From assembly GCF_030295325.1 (NCBI RefSeq), contig NZ_AP027059.1, forward strand, positions 1,048,637 to 1,112,636: a stretch of DNA of 64,000 nt, given 5' to 3'. This stretch comes from Haliovirga abyssi (GTDB taxonomy: Bacteria > Fusobacteriota > Fusobacteriia > Fusobacteriales > Haliovirgaceae). Both the position numbers and the translations under genes were made by a program. The notes under the pieces are model-generated. The model was not told where the DNA came from and ran no database searches. It saw only the letters and a program-made list of their open reading frames with translations. This document shows positions 49,353 to 59,363 of this stretch, in pieces (position 1 is the stretch's first letter; the number at the start of each line of letters is the position of its first letter).

Positions 49353-50594
49353 TTGAAAAGAGTAGTAATAACAGGAATAGGATTAATAACAGCTCTTGGG
49401 ACAGGAAAAGAAAAAACTTGGACAAATCTTTTAGAAGGTAAAACAGGGATTTCTAATATAAAATCATTTGATGCAACTGGATTCGCATCGACTGTAGCAG
49501 GAGAAGTAAAAGATTTTGATGCATCAGAATTTATAGAAAAAAAAGAATTGAAAAAATTAGCCAGATATACTCAATTTGCAGTAGTTGCTTCGAAAATGGC
49601 ATTAGAAGATGCAAAATTAGAAATAACTGAAGAAAATGCAGAAAATATAGGAGTAATAGTTAGTTCTGGTATTGGTGGAATTGAAATAATGGAAAAACAA
49701 TATTCTATATTGGAAAAAAGAGGACCTAGAAAATTATCTCCATTTACAATACCTGCCATGATCGAAAATATGGCTGCTGGGAATGTTTCTATTTATACAG
49801 GAGCAAAAGGACCAAATAAAAGTATTGTAACAGCATGTGCTTCTGGAACTCATTCGGTAGGAGATGCTTTTGAAATGATTAAAAGCGGAAGAGTTGAAGC
49901 TATGATTGCAGGTGGGACAGAAGCTTGTATCACTCCTCTTGCAGTAGGAGGATTTTGTGCATTAAAAGCTTTATCTACTAAATATAATGAAACTCCTGAA
50001 AAATCTTCTAGACCATTTAACGTAGATAGAGATGGTTTTGTAATGGGAGAAGGAGCAGGAATATTAATTTTAGAAGAGTTAGAATCAGCAAAAAAAAGAG
50101 GAGCAAAAATATATGCTGAAATAGTAGGATATGGAGAAACAGGAGATGCATATCATATGACATCACCAGCACCAGGAGGAACAGGTGCAGCAAGAGCTTT
50201 TAAAATGGCATTAAAAGAAGGAAATATCAAACTAGAAGATGTGGATTATATTAATGCTCACGGGACTTCAACTGCAGCAAATGATAGATTAGAAACAGCT
50301 GCAATTAAATCAGTATTTGGGGAACAAGCATATAAATTAGCTGTTAGTTCTACAAAAGGAGCTACAGGACATGCTTTAGGTGGAGCAGGAGGGGTAGAAG
50401 CTGCATTTTTAGCTTTGGCTGTATCAGAAGGTATAATGCCTCCAACAATAAATTATGAAAACCCAGATCCTGAATGTGATTTAGATTATATACCAAATAA
50501 AGCAGAAAAAAGAGATATAAAAGTAGCTATGTCAAGTTCTCTTGGATTTGGTGGGCATAATGCTGTAATAGCATTCAAAAAATATTCAAATTAG
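49353..50594 (+). CDS. fabF: 3-oxoacyl-ACP synthase II (probable TTG start)
   Basis: KRVVITGIGLIT N-terminus, active-site Cys (ACASGTHS), His-His-Lys motifs; TTG 49353 after SD AGAGGTGGA (in-frame GTG 49344 lies inside the SD). Confidence 0.9.
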   Translation: MKRVVITGIGLITALGTGKEKTWTNLLEGKTGISNIKSFDATGFASTVAGEVKDFDASEFIEKKELKKLARYTQFAVVASKMALEDAKLEITEENAENIGVIVSSGIGGIEIMEKQYSILEKRGPRKLSPFTIPAMIENMAAGNVSIYTGAKGPNKSIVTACASGTHSVGDAFEMIKSGRVEAMIAGGTEACITPLAVGGFCALKALSTKYNETPEKSSRPFNVDRDGFVMGEGAGILILEELESAKKRGAKIYAEIVGYGETGDAYHMTSPAPGGTGAARAFKMALKEGNIKLEDVDYINAHGTSTAANDRLETAAIKSVFGEQAYKLAVSSTKGATGHALGGAGGVEAAFLALAVSEGIMPPTINYENPDPECDLDYIPNKAEKRDIKVAMSSSLGFGGHNAVIAFKKYSN

Positions 50595-50599
50595 AAGAG

Positions 50600-51325
50600 G
50601 TGATATGGTTGTTATCAGATAAAAAAATATGTGAATTCGAAAAAAAAATTAATTATACTTTTTTAGATAAATCTTTATTAACAAAAGCTTTAATCCATAG
50701 ATCATATGGAAATGAACATAGAGATTTTAAAAATATAAATAATGAAAAATTGGAATTACTTGGTGATGCTGTTTTAGATTTAATTATAACGGAATATATA
50801 TATATAAAGTTTAGTAATGCAACTGAAGGAGAACTCGCTAAATTAAAAGCTATGATTGTTAGTGAGCCTCTCCTTGCAGAGGTTTCTACTGAAATAGGAA
50901 TTGGAAGTTATATGTTTTTAAGTAAAGGAGAAGAGCTAACTGGTGGGCGAGAAAGAAATTCTATTTTAGGAGATGTTTTTGAAGCCTTATTAGGAGGGAT
51001 TTACTTAGATTCTGGGTTTGAAAATGCCAAAGAATTTGTTTTAAAATATTTTGTAGATAGAATTGTTCATATTGATGAAAATCTTGATTTAGTAGATTAT
51101 AAAACAATATTACAAGAATTTACTCAAAAAGAATATAAAAAGATACCAAAATATATTGTATTAGAAGAGTTAGGACCAGATCATAATAAACAATTTAAAG
51201 TTGGTGTTAAAGTTAAAAATAGTATTGTAGGAGAAGGTTTAGGCAGAAATAAAAAATCAGCAGAACAAATGGCTGCAAGAAATGCTTGTGGTAGATTAGA
51301 GGTAAAATTGCATGAAACATTATAA
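50600..51325 (+). CDS. rnc: ribonuclease III (non-ATG start, GTG 50600 or TTG 50609)
   Basis: RNase III signature ELLGDAVLDL, dsRBD at C-terminus. Confidence 0.9.
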   Translation: MIWLLSDKKICEFEKKINYTFLDKSLLTKALIHRSYGNEHRDFKNINNEKLELLGDAVLDLIITEYIYIKFSNATEGELAKLKAMIVSEPLLAEVSTEIGIGSYMFLSKGEELTGGRERNSILGDVFEALLGGIYLDSGFENAKEFVLKYFVDRIVHIDENLDLVDYKTILQEFTQKEYKKIPKYIVLEELGPDHNKQFKVGVKVKNSIVGEGLGRNKKSAEQMAARNACGRLEVKLHETL

Positions 51326-52346
51326 TATTCCAATTTTTATAGTACATTACGGCTGTCCACATATGTGTGTGTTTTGCAATCAACAAAATATAACTGGAGT
51401 TATTACTAATATACAGCCTAATGAAATAAGAGCTATTATAGAGGAAACTTTAAAAACTTTACCTAAAAATTCTGAAAAAGAGATAGCATTTTTTGGTGGT
51501 ACTTTCACTGGACTACCTATAAAATTACAAACTGAATTTTTAGAAGTGGCAAATGAATATATAAAAAAAGGGTTAGTCAATGGGATTAGAATGTCAACTA
51601 GACCAGATTATATTAATAGAGAAATTTTAGATAATTTATCAAAATATAATGTTACTACAATTGAATTAGGAGTTCAATCGTTTAATACTGAAGTTTTAAA
51701 GCTATCTGAAAGAGGTCATTCAAGAGAAGATGTCTTTAATGCTTCAGAATTAATTAAAGAATATGGAATAACATTAGGATTGCAAATAATGCCAGGATTA
51801 CCAGGCTCTACAATTGAAAGCGATATTGCTGGAATAGAAGATATTTTAAAAATAATGCCTTCATTAATTAGAATTTATCCTACATTAGTACTTGAAAATA
51901 CAAAATTAAATTCAATGTATAAAAATGAAGAGTATCAACCCTTATCAATAAGTGATGCTGTAAAAATAACATTACCTATGATAATTAAATTAGAATTAAA
52001 TGGAATTAAAATTATACGTGTAGGGTTACAACCAGCAGATGATTTAAGAAAAGAAGGAGTAATTACAGCTGGACCATTCCACTCATCCTTTAGAGAAGTT
52101 GTGGAAAGCGAAATTTATTACGAATTTTTAAATATAATATTAAAAAAAGAAAAAGAATTAAATGTTATAACTAATCAAAGTAATATTTCTAGAATAGTTG
52201 GAATGAATAAAGTTAATTTAAAAAAATTTAATGGGAAATTAAATTTTAATATTGATAATTCATTAGAAAAAGAGCTTATTTTAGTAAATAAAAAATCCTA
52301 TAAAAGAAAAAATATACTAATGGCTTTGGAGATGAATAATATATGA
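51312..52346 (+). CDS. radical SAM protein (ELP3/TIGR01212-like)
   Basis: N-terminal IPIFIVHYGCPHMCVFCNQ with CxxxCxxC SAM-cluster motif. Confidence 0.75.
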   Translation: MKHYNIPIFIVHYGCPHMCVFCNQQNITGVITNIQPNEIRAIIEETLKTLPKNSEKEIAFFGGTFTGLPIKLQTEFLEVANEYIKKGLVNGIRMSTRPDYINREILDNLSKYNVTTIELGVQSFNTEVLKLSERGHSREDVFNASELIKEYGITLGLQIMPGLPGSTIESDIAGIEDILKIMPSLIRIYPTLVLENTKLNSMYKNEEYQPLSISDAVKITLPMIIKLELNGIKIIRVGLQPADDLRKEGVITAGPFHSSFREVVESEIYYEFLNIILKKEKELNVITNQSNISRIVGMNKVNLKKFNGKLNFNIDNSLEKELILVNKKSYKRKNILMALEMNNI

Positions 52347-53809
52347 AACAGATAATAATTACTTCTACAGAATATGAAATAAAAGCAGCTTTACTTGAAG
52401 ATGGGGTTTTAACAGAATTTTTTATTGAGAGAGATGATAAAAAAAGAATAGTTGGAAATATCTATAAAGGAAAAGTTGCAAATGTTTTGCCAGGAATGGA
52501 ATCTGCTTTTGTAGATATAGGATTGAAAAAGAACTCTTTTTTATATGTAAAAGATTTAAGAGAGTTTGAAGAAAAATATCTTGATGGAATAGAACATAGT
52601 AAAAAACCAATAGAAGAAATTTTAAATGTGAATGATAATGTTATAGTTCAAATACTAAAAGAACCAACAGGGACAAAAGGGGCTAGGGTAACGACTCACT
52701 ATACAATTCCTGGTAAATATCTAGTTTTAATGCCAAACAATGATTATATTGCAATTTCTAAAAAAATAGGTAATGAGGAAGAAAGAGAAAGATTAAAAAA
52801 TATATTACAAGATATAAAGCCTGATGGCGTTGGAGTTATAATAAGAACAGATGCACAAGGAAAAGATGAAAAATATTTTATAAAAGAGATTGAATATCTA
52901 ACAAAGCAATGGAAAGAAGTAGAACATAAATCTTATAATGCTCAAATTGGAGATCTTATATATAAAGATAGCACTTTAGTAGAAAGAGTATTAAGAGATA
53001 TATTTTCATCAGAAATAGATCATTTAGTTGTAGATTCAGAAGATAATTATTGGAAAGTAATAGATTATATCTCTACATTTTCTGATTCAAATTTAAAACT
53101 AAAAGTTCAGCTATATCATGAGAGCGAACCAATTTTTGAACATTATGGAATTAATAGTGAATTAAAAAAAGTTCTTCAAAAAAAAGTATGGCTTGATTGT
53201 GGAGGATATCTAATTATTGAAAAAACAGAAGCTTTGGTAAGTATTGATGTAAATACAGGAAAAAACACAGGAACTTATGATTTGGAAAGTACTGTTTTTC
53301 AAACAAATATGGAAGCTGCAAAAGAAATTCCAAAACAGTTGCGTTTAAGGAATTTAGGTGGTATAATTATAATTGATTTTATAGATATGAAACTAGAAGA
53401 AGATCAGAAAAAAGTTGTAGAAATTTTAGAGGAAAATCTATCAAAAGATAGAATAAAGAATAATATAGTAAGATTTACAGAACTTGGACTTGTGGAAATG
53501 ACAAGAAAAAGAACTGGGAAAGAACTTTCTAAATATTTTTTAGAGAAATGTCCACATTGTAATGGAACTGGAATGATAAAAAGTAGCGAATTTATTATTG
53601 ATGATATTATTATGGAAATTAGATTTCTATCAGTAGATGAAGATATTAAAAGAATAAAATTAAAAGTTAGTAATCAATTATACGCAAAAGTACAAAGTTT
53701 ATATTTAGATTTTATAGAAAAATATTTAAAAGATTATAATAAAGAATTTGAAGTGTTGTTAGATAGATCACTTGAAAGAGATAAATATGAGATTGTGCTT
53801 GAAAATTAG
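52343..53809 (+). CDS. rng: ribonuclease E/G family protein (RNase G-like)
   Basis: 488 aa; S1 domain N-terminus (NIYKGKVANVLPGMESAFVDIG), DNase I-like catalytic region; ATGA-coupled. Confidence 0.85.
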   Translation: MKQIIITSTEYEIKAALLEDGVLTEFFIERDDKKRIVGNIYKGKVANVLPGMESAFVDIGLKKNSFLYVKDLREFEEKYLDGIEHSKKPIEEILNVNDNVIVQILKEPTGTKGARVTTHYTIPGKYLVLMPNNDYIAISKKIGNEEERERLKNILQDIKPDGVGVIIRTDAQGKDEKYFIKEIEYLTKQWKEVEHKSYNAQIGDLIYKDSTLVERVLRDIFSSEIDHLVVDSEDNYWKVIDYISTFSDSNLKLKVQLYHESEPIFEHYGINSELKKVLQKKVWLDCGGYLIIEKTEALVSIDVNTGKNTGTYDLESTVFQTNMEAAKEIPKQLRLRNLGGIIIIDFIDMKLEEDQKKVVEILEENLSKDRIKNNIVRFTELGLVEMTRKRTGKELSKYFLEKCPHCNGTGMIKSSEFIIDDIIMEIRFLSVDEDIKRIKLKVSNQLYAKVQSLYLDFIEKYLKDYNKEFEVLLDRSLERDKYEIVLEN

Positions 53810-53817
53810 GAGGACAA

Positions 53818-54315
53818 ATGAACAAAAATGCAATTTATCCAGGAAGTTTTGATCCAATAAGCAATGGACACATTGATATAATAAATAGAGCTTTAAATAT
53901 ATTTGATAACTTAGTTATTGCAGTTTTGAATAATTCAGAAAAAAAATCTTGGTTTTCTGTAGAAGAAAGAGTTAATATGATAAAAGAACTTTATGGAAAC
54001 AATAAAAAAATACAGATAAAAAGTTTTGATGGACTTTTAGTTGATTTTATGGAAAAAGAGAATTTGAAAATTGCTATTAGAGGATTACGTGCGGTGTCTG
54101 ATTATGAATATGAATTGCAACTAGCACTTTTTAATAGTCAATTATCTAAAGGAAAGTTTGAAACTATATTTTTACCAGCATCAAGAGAAAATTTATATTT
54201 AAGTTCAACTGTAATAAAAGAGATTGCTATTAATAATGGGCAATTAGAAGAGTATGTTGATAAAACAATTTTAAATAAAATAAGAGAAAAAGCAAAAATA
54301 AAAAGGGGTGAATAA
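53818..54315 (+). CDS. coaD: phosphopantetheine adenylyltransferase
   Basis: AIYPGSFDPISNGHIDII HxGH-type motif. Confidence 0.95.
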   Translation: MNKNAIYPGSFDPISNGHIDIINRALNIFDNLVIAVLNNSEKKSWFSVEERVNMIKELYGNNKKIQIKSFDGLLVDFMEKENLKIAIRGLRAVSDYEYELQLALFNSQLSKGKFETIFLPASRENLYLSSTVIKEIAINNGQLEEYVDKTILNKIREKAKIKRGE

Positions 54316-54317
54316 TT

Positions 54318-54677
54318 ATGATAAAATTATTAGTTGTGGATGATTCATTATTTATGAGACAAATGTTAAAAAATATTTTGCCAAGAGATAAATTTGAAGT
54401 TGTAGGAGAAGCTTCAACTGGAAAAGAAGCGATTTCTAAATTTAAAGAATTGGAACCAGATTTAATCACTATGGATATAACTATGCCTGATATGGATGGA
54501 ATTACTGCTGTAAAGGAGATTAGAAGAATATCTCCAGAGGCAAAAGTTATTATGTGTAGTGCCATGGGACAAAAGCCAATGATAAGAGAAGCTTTAGAAG
54601 CAGGAGCTATTGATTTTATAATAAAACCATTTGATAAAGATAAAGCAATAAAAATTTTAGAAGCAATGTCTTTATAG
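54318..54677 (+). CDS. single-domain response regulator (CheY-like receiver)
   Basis: LLVVDDS...MDITMPDMDG...KP receiver motifs. Confidence 0.85.
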   Translation: MIKLLVVDDSLFMRQMLKNILPRDKFEVVGEASTGKEAISKFKELEPDLITMDITMPDMDGITAVKEIRRISPEAKVIMCSAMGQKPMIREALEAGAIDFIIKPFDKDKAIKILEAMSL

Positions 54678-54678
54678 G

Positions 54679-54707
54679 CAGATATAGCTTAGGCTATATC
54701 TGTTTTT
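54679..54707 (+). terminator. rho-independent terminator CAGATATAGC-ttag-GCTATATCTG + TTTTT
   Basis: 10-bp stem directly after the response-regulator stop. Confidence 0.8.
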
Positions 54708-54748
54708 GTATAATTAAATATGAATTAAAATTTATATTTGATTATACA

Positions 54749-54783
54749 ATATAAGAAACTTATTTTTTAAACGTTCTTTAGGA
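54749..54783. repeat. copy c of the ~35-bp AT-rich motif; its 3' TTTAGGAG serves as the radA SD
   Basis: ATATAAGAAACTTATTTTTTAAACGTTCTTTAGGA identical to copy b. Confidence 0.7.
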
Positions 54784-54792
54784 GAAAAAAAC

Positions 54793-56136
54793 ATGAAAAA
54801 AAAAGAATATTATGTGTGTACAAATTGTGGGTATAAAACTAATAAATGGATAGGAAAATGTCCAGAGTGTGAATCTTGGAATAGTTTTGAAGAAGAGACA
54901 GAAGCACCTATAAAGATAAAAACAGAAAAATCAATAAAAGCTATTACAATAAATGAAGTAGAATTGTTAAAAGATTATAGATATAAAACAAATTTTAATG
55001 AATTTGATAGAGTTCTTGGTGGTGGATTGGTAAGAGGGGAAGTAGTTTTATTAACGGGGAACCCTGGTGTAGGAAAATCTACTTTATTACTTCAAATTTT
55101 AAAAGATTATACTAAATATGGAGATGTCTTATATATTTCTGGAGAGGAATCTGCTGAACAAATAAAGCATAGAGCTAAAAGATTAAAAATAAATAGCGAT
55201 AAACTATTTTTAGTATCTGAAACAGAAATCGAAGCTATAAAAAAATATATTTTAGAGAATAAACCAAAAGTAGTTGGAGTTGATTCTATACAAACATTAT
55301 ATTCAAACGAATATAATGCAATACCAGGAACTGTTACACAAATTAGAGAATCTACATTAAAGATAGTAGAAATGGCAAAAAAACATGGAATATCATTTTT
55401 TATTGTGGGGCATATTACAAAAGATGGTAAAGTTGCAGGTCCGAAATTATTGGAACATATGGTTGATGCTGTAATGAGTTTTGAAGGAGAAGAGAATTAT
55501 TTATATAGAATTTTAAGAAATAGTAAAAATAGATTTGGTTCTATTAATGAAGTGGGAATATTTAATCTTGAAGATGATGGGATTAGTGAAATAAGAAATC
55601 CTTCTGAATTCTTTTTAGGTGAAAGAGATGAAAAAAATATAGGAAGTATTGTAGTTCCAGTCTTAGAAGGGACAAAAGTATTTTTATTAGAGATACAATC
55701 TTTAACATCAACTACAAATTTTGGAATGGCTAGAAGAGTTGCTCAAGGAATTGATTATAATAGAATGCAAATATTATTAGCAATATTAGAAAAAAAATTC
55801 TCTTTAAATTTAACTACACAAGATATATTTATTAATATTCCTGGAGGGTTGTCAGTAAAAGAGACAACTATTGATTTAGCTATAGCTCTTTCGATATTAT
55901 CTAGTATTAGGGATATACCTGTAAATAATGATGTAGCTGCATTGGGAGAACTTGGACTTAGAGGAGAAGTGAGAAAAGTATCTTTTATAACAAAAAGATT
56001 AAATGAACTAAAAAAAATGGGATTTAAAAAAATTTATTTGCCAGAGGGGAATAGAAAAGAAGTAGAAAAATCTAGTATTAATTTAAAATTTTATTATTTA
56101 AAAAATTTATATGAATTATTGGAAAGGATGAAATAA
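54793..56136 (+). CDS. radA: DNA repair protein RadA (Sms)
   Basis: N-terminal CxxC...CxxC zinc finger, RecA-like Walker A GNPGVGKST, KNRFG motif, Lon-like C-terminal domain. Confidence 0.95.
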   Translation: MKKKEYYVCTNCGYKTNKWIGKCPECESWNSFEEETEAPIKIKTEKSIKAITINEVELLKDYRYKTNFNEFDRVLGGGLVRGEVVLLTGNPGVGKSTLLLQILKDYTKYGDVLYISGEESAEQIKHRAKRLKINSDKLFLVSETEIEAIKKYILENKPKVVGVDSIQTLYSNEYNAIPGTVTQIRESTLKIVEMAKKHGISFFIVGHITKDGKVAGPKLLEHMVDAVMSFEGEENYLYRILRNSKNRFGSINEVGIFNLEDDGISEIRNPSEFFLGERDEKNIGSIVVPVLEGTKVFLLEIQSLTSTTNFGMARRVAQGIDYNRMQILLAILEKKFSLNLTTQDIFINIPGGLSVKETTIDLAIALSILSSIRDIPVNNDVAALGELGLRGEVRKVSFITKRLNELKKMGFKKIYLPEGNRKEVEKSSINLKFYYLKNLYELLERMK

Positions 56137-56137
56137 A

Positions 56138-57205
56138 ATGAAAGATAATAGTGCAATTTTAAAAATGTTAGCATTAGCATCTCCAGGGACAGATCTAAGA
56201 AAAGGTTTAGATAATATATTAGATGCAGAGACAGGAGCTCTCATTGTTGTAAGTGGGTCTTCAGAAATATTAAGTATTTCTGATGGTGGATTTGAAATAA
56301 ATTGTAATTATGAACCTGAAAAAATATATGAACTTGCAAAAATGGATGGAGCAATAATTATAGATAAAGAAGTGAAAAAAATATTGATGGCAAATGTTCA
56401 CTTGCAGCCTAATTCTAAAATTACGACTATTGAAAGTGGAACAAGGCATAGAACTGCAGAACGTGTAGCAAAACAAACAGGAGAATTAGTTGTATCTATT
56501 TCTGAAAGAAGAAAAAGGATTACACTTTATCAAAATGATGAAAGATACATGATAAGAAATATTACAGATATAATGAGTGAAGCAAACCAAGGTATAAAAA
56601 CATTAGAAAGATATAAAACGGTATTAGATAAAGAACTTAAATATTTAACTATTATGGAATTTGATGAAATGGTAACATTATATGAAGTTACACATGTAAT
56701 ACAACGTTTCGAAATGTTATTTAAAATAGCTGACGAGATAAAAAAATATATAGTAGAATTAGGAGTAGAGGGAAGATTAATAAATATGCAATTGGATGAA
56801 CTATTAATGGGAACTCAAGAAGAATTTGAATCATTATTAAAAGATTATTATAATGAAGAAAGCCAATTAAGTATGGAAGATATTATAGCAGGATTAAATA
56901 GATTAAATCAAGAAGAGATATTAATAATAGAAAATATATCATATTTACTTGGATATTCTAAAAATTACAAAACATTAGATGATAAAATAGTTCCAAAAGG
57001 ATATAGAGTTTTAGGGAAAATATTAAAATTAACAAAAAGAGATATATTAAAAATAGTGGAAACATTTATAGATTTAACAAGTATTTTAAATGCAACAATA
57101 GATGATATTTCAGAGATAAAAGGAATTAGTAAATTTAAAGCTAAGTCAATACAAAATGGATTAAAAAGATTAAAAGCTACTATTTTATTAGAGAAAGAGA
57201 TCTAA
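56138..57205 (+). CDS. disA: DNA integrity scanning protein DisA (diadenylate cyclase)
   Basis: DAC domain (DGAIIID, TRHRTA) and C-terminal HhH; classic radA-disA pairing. Confidence 0.9.
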   Translation: MKDNSAILKMLALASPGTDLRKGLDNILDAETGALIVVSGSSEILSISDGGFEINCNYEPEKIYELAKMDGAIIIDKEVKKILMANVHLQPNSKITTIESGTRHRTAERVAKQTGELVVSISERRKRITLYQNDERYMIRNITDIMSEANQGIKTLERYKTVLDKELKYLTIMEFDEMVTLYEVTHVIQRFEMLFKIADEIKKYIVELGVEGRLINMQLDELLMGTQEEFESLLKDYYNEESQLSMEDIIAGLNRLNQEEILIIENISYLLGYSKNYKTLDDKIVPKGYRVLGKILKLTKRDILKIVETFIDLTSILNATIDDISEIKGISKFKAKSIQNGLKRLKATILLEKEI

Positions 57206-57279
57206 AATTATAAGAAATATAAATGAATTATTTATAGATTTAAAGATACAAAAAATAAAAAATTATGGAGGTTATTGTT

Positions 57280-58245
57280 ATGGCAGAAAATGATTTAAAT
57301 CAAAATGTTAATAATTTTTTAAAATTTGTAAAAGGGCTGGGAATATTTGGAGTACTAATCGTACTTGGATTGTATTTAGCAACAGGTATCTATGTAGTTC
57401 AACCTGATGAACAAGCAGTAATACTAAGATTTGGTAAATATGTTGAAACAACTGGACCAGGAGTGCATTGGCATACACCATCACCAGTTGCTGCTGTTTA
57501 TAAAGCTAAAACAACAGCAGTTCATAGAATTGAAATAGGATTTAGAACCATAAATCCAGGACCACCTGCAAGATATAGAGATATTCCAGAAGAGGCTCTT
57601 ATGCTTACAGGAGATGAAAATATATTATCAGTAGATGCAATTGTACAGTATAAAATTAAAGATATTAAGCAATATATTTTTAATTTAAAACAACCGTATA
57701 AGATGCTAAAAGATGCGGCAGAAGCCTCTTTGAGACAAATAGTAGGGAAAAATTTAGTAGAAGAAGTTTTAACAGTGGGTAAAGAAAAAATTCAAAGAGA
57801 AACTAAAGATAGATTGCAAGAGATATTAGATAAATATGAAACAGGAGTTTATGTATTGAATGTGCAATTGCAAGATGTACAGCCGCCTAAAGAGGTAATA
57901 GGAGCTTTTAAAGATGTGGCTAGTGCAAAAGAAGATAAAATTCGTTATATAAATGAAGCAAATGGATATAGAAATGATATGATTCCAAAAGCAAGAGGAG
58001 AGGCGGAAAAAGCTTTAAATGATGCAGCAGCATACAAATCAAAAAGAATAAACGAAGCACAAGGAGACGTAGCAAGATTTACAAAATTATATGATAAATA
58101 TAAATTAGGGAAAACTGTAACTAAAACAAGAATGTACCTTGAAACAATGGAAGGAATTTTGCCTAATGTTGATAAAATAATTGTAGATAAAAATTTAGAA
58201 GGCAAATTATTAAATATTATCGGAAAAGAAGGTGATATCAAATGA
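57280..58245 (+). CDS. hflK: FtsH protease modulator HflK (SPFH family)
   Basis: N-terminal TM, SPFH core, ATGA overlap with hflC; ATG 57280 preferred (57265 ATG lies inside the SD TGGAGGT). Confidence 0.85.
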   Translation: MAENDLNQNVNNFLKFVKGLGIFGVLIVLGLYLATGIYVVQPDEQAVILRFGKYVETTGPGVHWHTPSPVAAVYKAKTTAVHRIEIGFRTINPGPPARYRDIPEEALMLTGDENILSVDAIVQYKIKDIKQYIFNLKQPYKMLKDAAEASLRQIVGKNLVEEVLTVGKEKIQRETKDRLQEILDKYETGVYVLNVQLQDVQPPKEVIGAFKDVASAKEDKIRYINEANGYRNDMIPKARGEAEKALNDAAAYKSKRINEAQGDVARFTKLYDKYKLGKTVTKTRMYLETMEGILPNVDKIIVDKNLEGKLLNIIGKEGDIK

Positions 58246-59099
58246 AAAAAATATTAGGAGTAGTAGCGATAATAGCAATAGCTATATTTTATACAGGAGT
58301 GTTTTATGTTACAGAAATAGAAGAAGCTATAGTAGTTAGAATGGGACAACCAGTTAGAAAACCTATTATGAAAGCAGGGCTTAATTTTAAAATACCATTT
58401 ATAGAAAAAGTTGATAAATTTGATAAAAGATTATTAGAATACGATGCAGAACCTAAAGAAATAATTACAAAAGACAAAAAAAATATAGTAATCGATAACT
58501 ATGCTAGATTTAAAATAAGCAATCCATTGCTTTTTTTACAAACAGTACATGATGAAGCTGGAGCTCAAGTAAGATTAGATGATATAATATATTCTGAGTT
58601 AAGACAAAATATAGGTAGATATACATTAACAGAGATATTGTCTTCTAAAAGAGAAGATATTATGAGAACTGTAACTAAAAATTCTGATGAAAAAGCTAGA
58701 GAATTTGGAATAGTTATTGTAGATGTAAGAATAAAGAGAGCAGATTTACCACAACAAAATGAATTGAATGTATATAAAAGGATGCAAACAGAAAGAGCTC
58801 AACAAGCTAAAAAATATAGAGCAGAAGGAAAAGAGCAAGCATTACAAATAGAATCAAAAGCAGATCAAGAAAAAACAACAATTTTAGCAGAAGCATATAG
58901 AAAAGCAGAAGAGATAAAAGGAGAAGGAGATGCAAAAGCTCTACAAATATATGCAGATGCTTATAATAAAGATCCTGACTTCTATAAATTCACAAGAAGT
59001 TTAGACGCATATAAAAAGATTTTTTCTCAAAAAAATAAAAACAGAATTATTATATCAACTGATTCAGATTTGTTTAATCTTTTTGGTGGTGTAAAATAA
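58242..59099 (+). CDS. hflC: FtsH protease modulator HflC (SPFH family)
   Basis: 285 aa SPFH protein, typical HflC N-terminus. Confidence 0.85.
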   Translation: MKKILGVVAIIAIAIFYTGVFYVTEIEEAIVVRMGQPVRKPIMKAGLNFKIPFIEKVDKFDKRLLEYDAEPKEIITKDKKNIVIDNYARFKISNPLLFLQTVHDEAGAQVRLDDIIYSELRQNIGRYTLTEILSSKREDIMRTVTKNSDEKAREFGIVIVDVRIKRADLPQQNELNVYKRMQTERAQQAKKYRAEGKEQALQIESKADQEKTTILAEAYRKAEEIKGEGDAKALQIYADAYNKDPDFYKFTRSLDAYKKIFSQKNKNRIIISTDSDLFNLFGGVK

Positions 59100-59115
59100 A
59101 AAATATATATAAAAT

Positions 59116-59147
59116 TTCCCCTTCTTAGATTTTTTTGAGAAGGGGAA
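59116..59147 (+). terminator. GC-rich hairpin TTCCCCTTCT-(12)-AGAAGGGGAA after hflC, sharing the CCCCTTCT motif with the 106-nt element
   Basis: 10-bp stem, T6 run inside the loop. Confidence 0.5.
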
Positions 59148-59206
59148 AGCTTTATAAGAGGGACAATAGAGGGCACACTTACCCAACTTCAAAGGCATCA
59201 GGGAAT

Positions 59207-59312
59207 AGACCTCATCCCCCGACCCCTTCTCCTAATTTAGGAGAAGGGGAGTAAAAATAAAAAAATTCTATCCTAAGATAAGAGAGGATTCAGGTGAGGT
59301 CTGAAAAATGGG
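59207..59312 (+). repeat. 106-nt GC-rich structured element, copy 2 (candidate ncRNA / REP-like element) upstream of pyrB
   Basis: ~85% identity to 17540-17645; perfect 13-bp hairpin CCCCTTCTCCTAA-t-TTAGGAGAAGGGG; 10-bp closing helix AGACCTCATC/GGTGAGGTCT with one G-U pair. Confidence 0.75.
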
Positions 59313-59363
59313 AAAAAAAATAATAAAATAAAAGAACAATAAAATAGAGGAGGAAACTATTAG

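Noticed and set aside
59207-59363. PyrR-binding attenuator upstream of pyrB
   Set aside because: No convincing match to the conserved PyrR loop (UCCAGAGAGG-type). The same element also occurs after thrC, where pyrimidine attenuation makes no sense.
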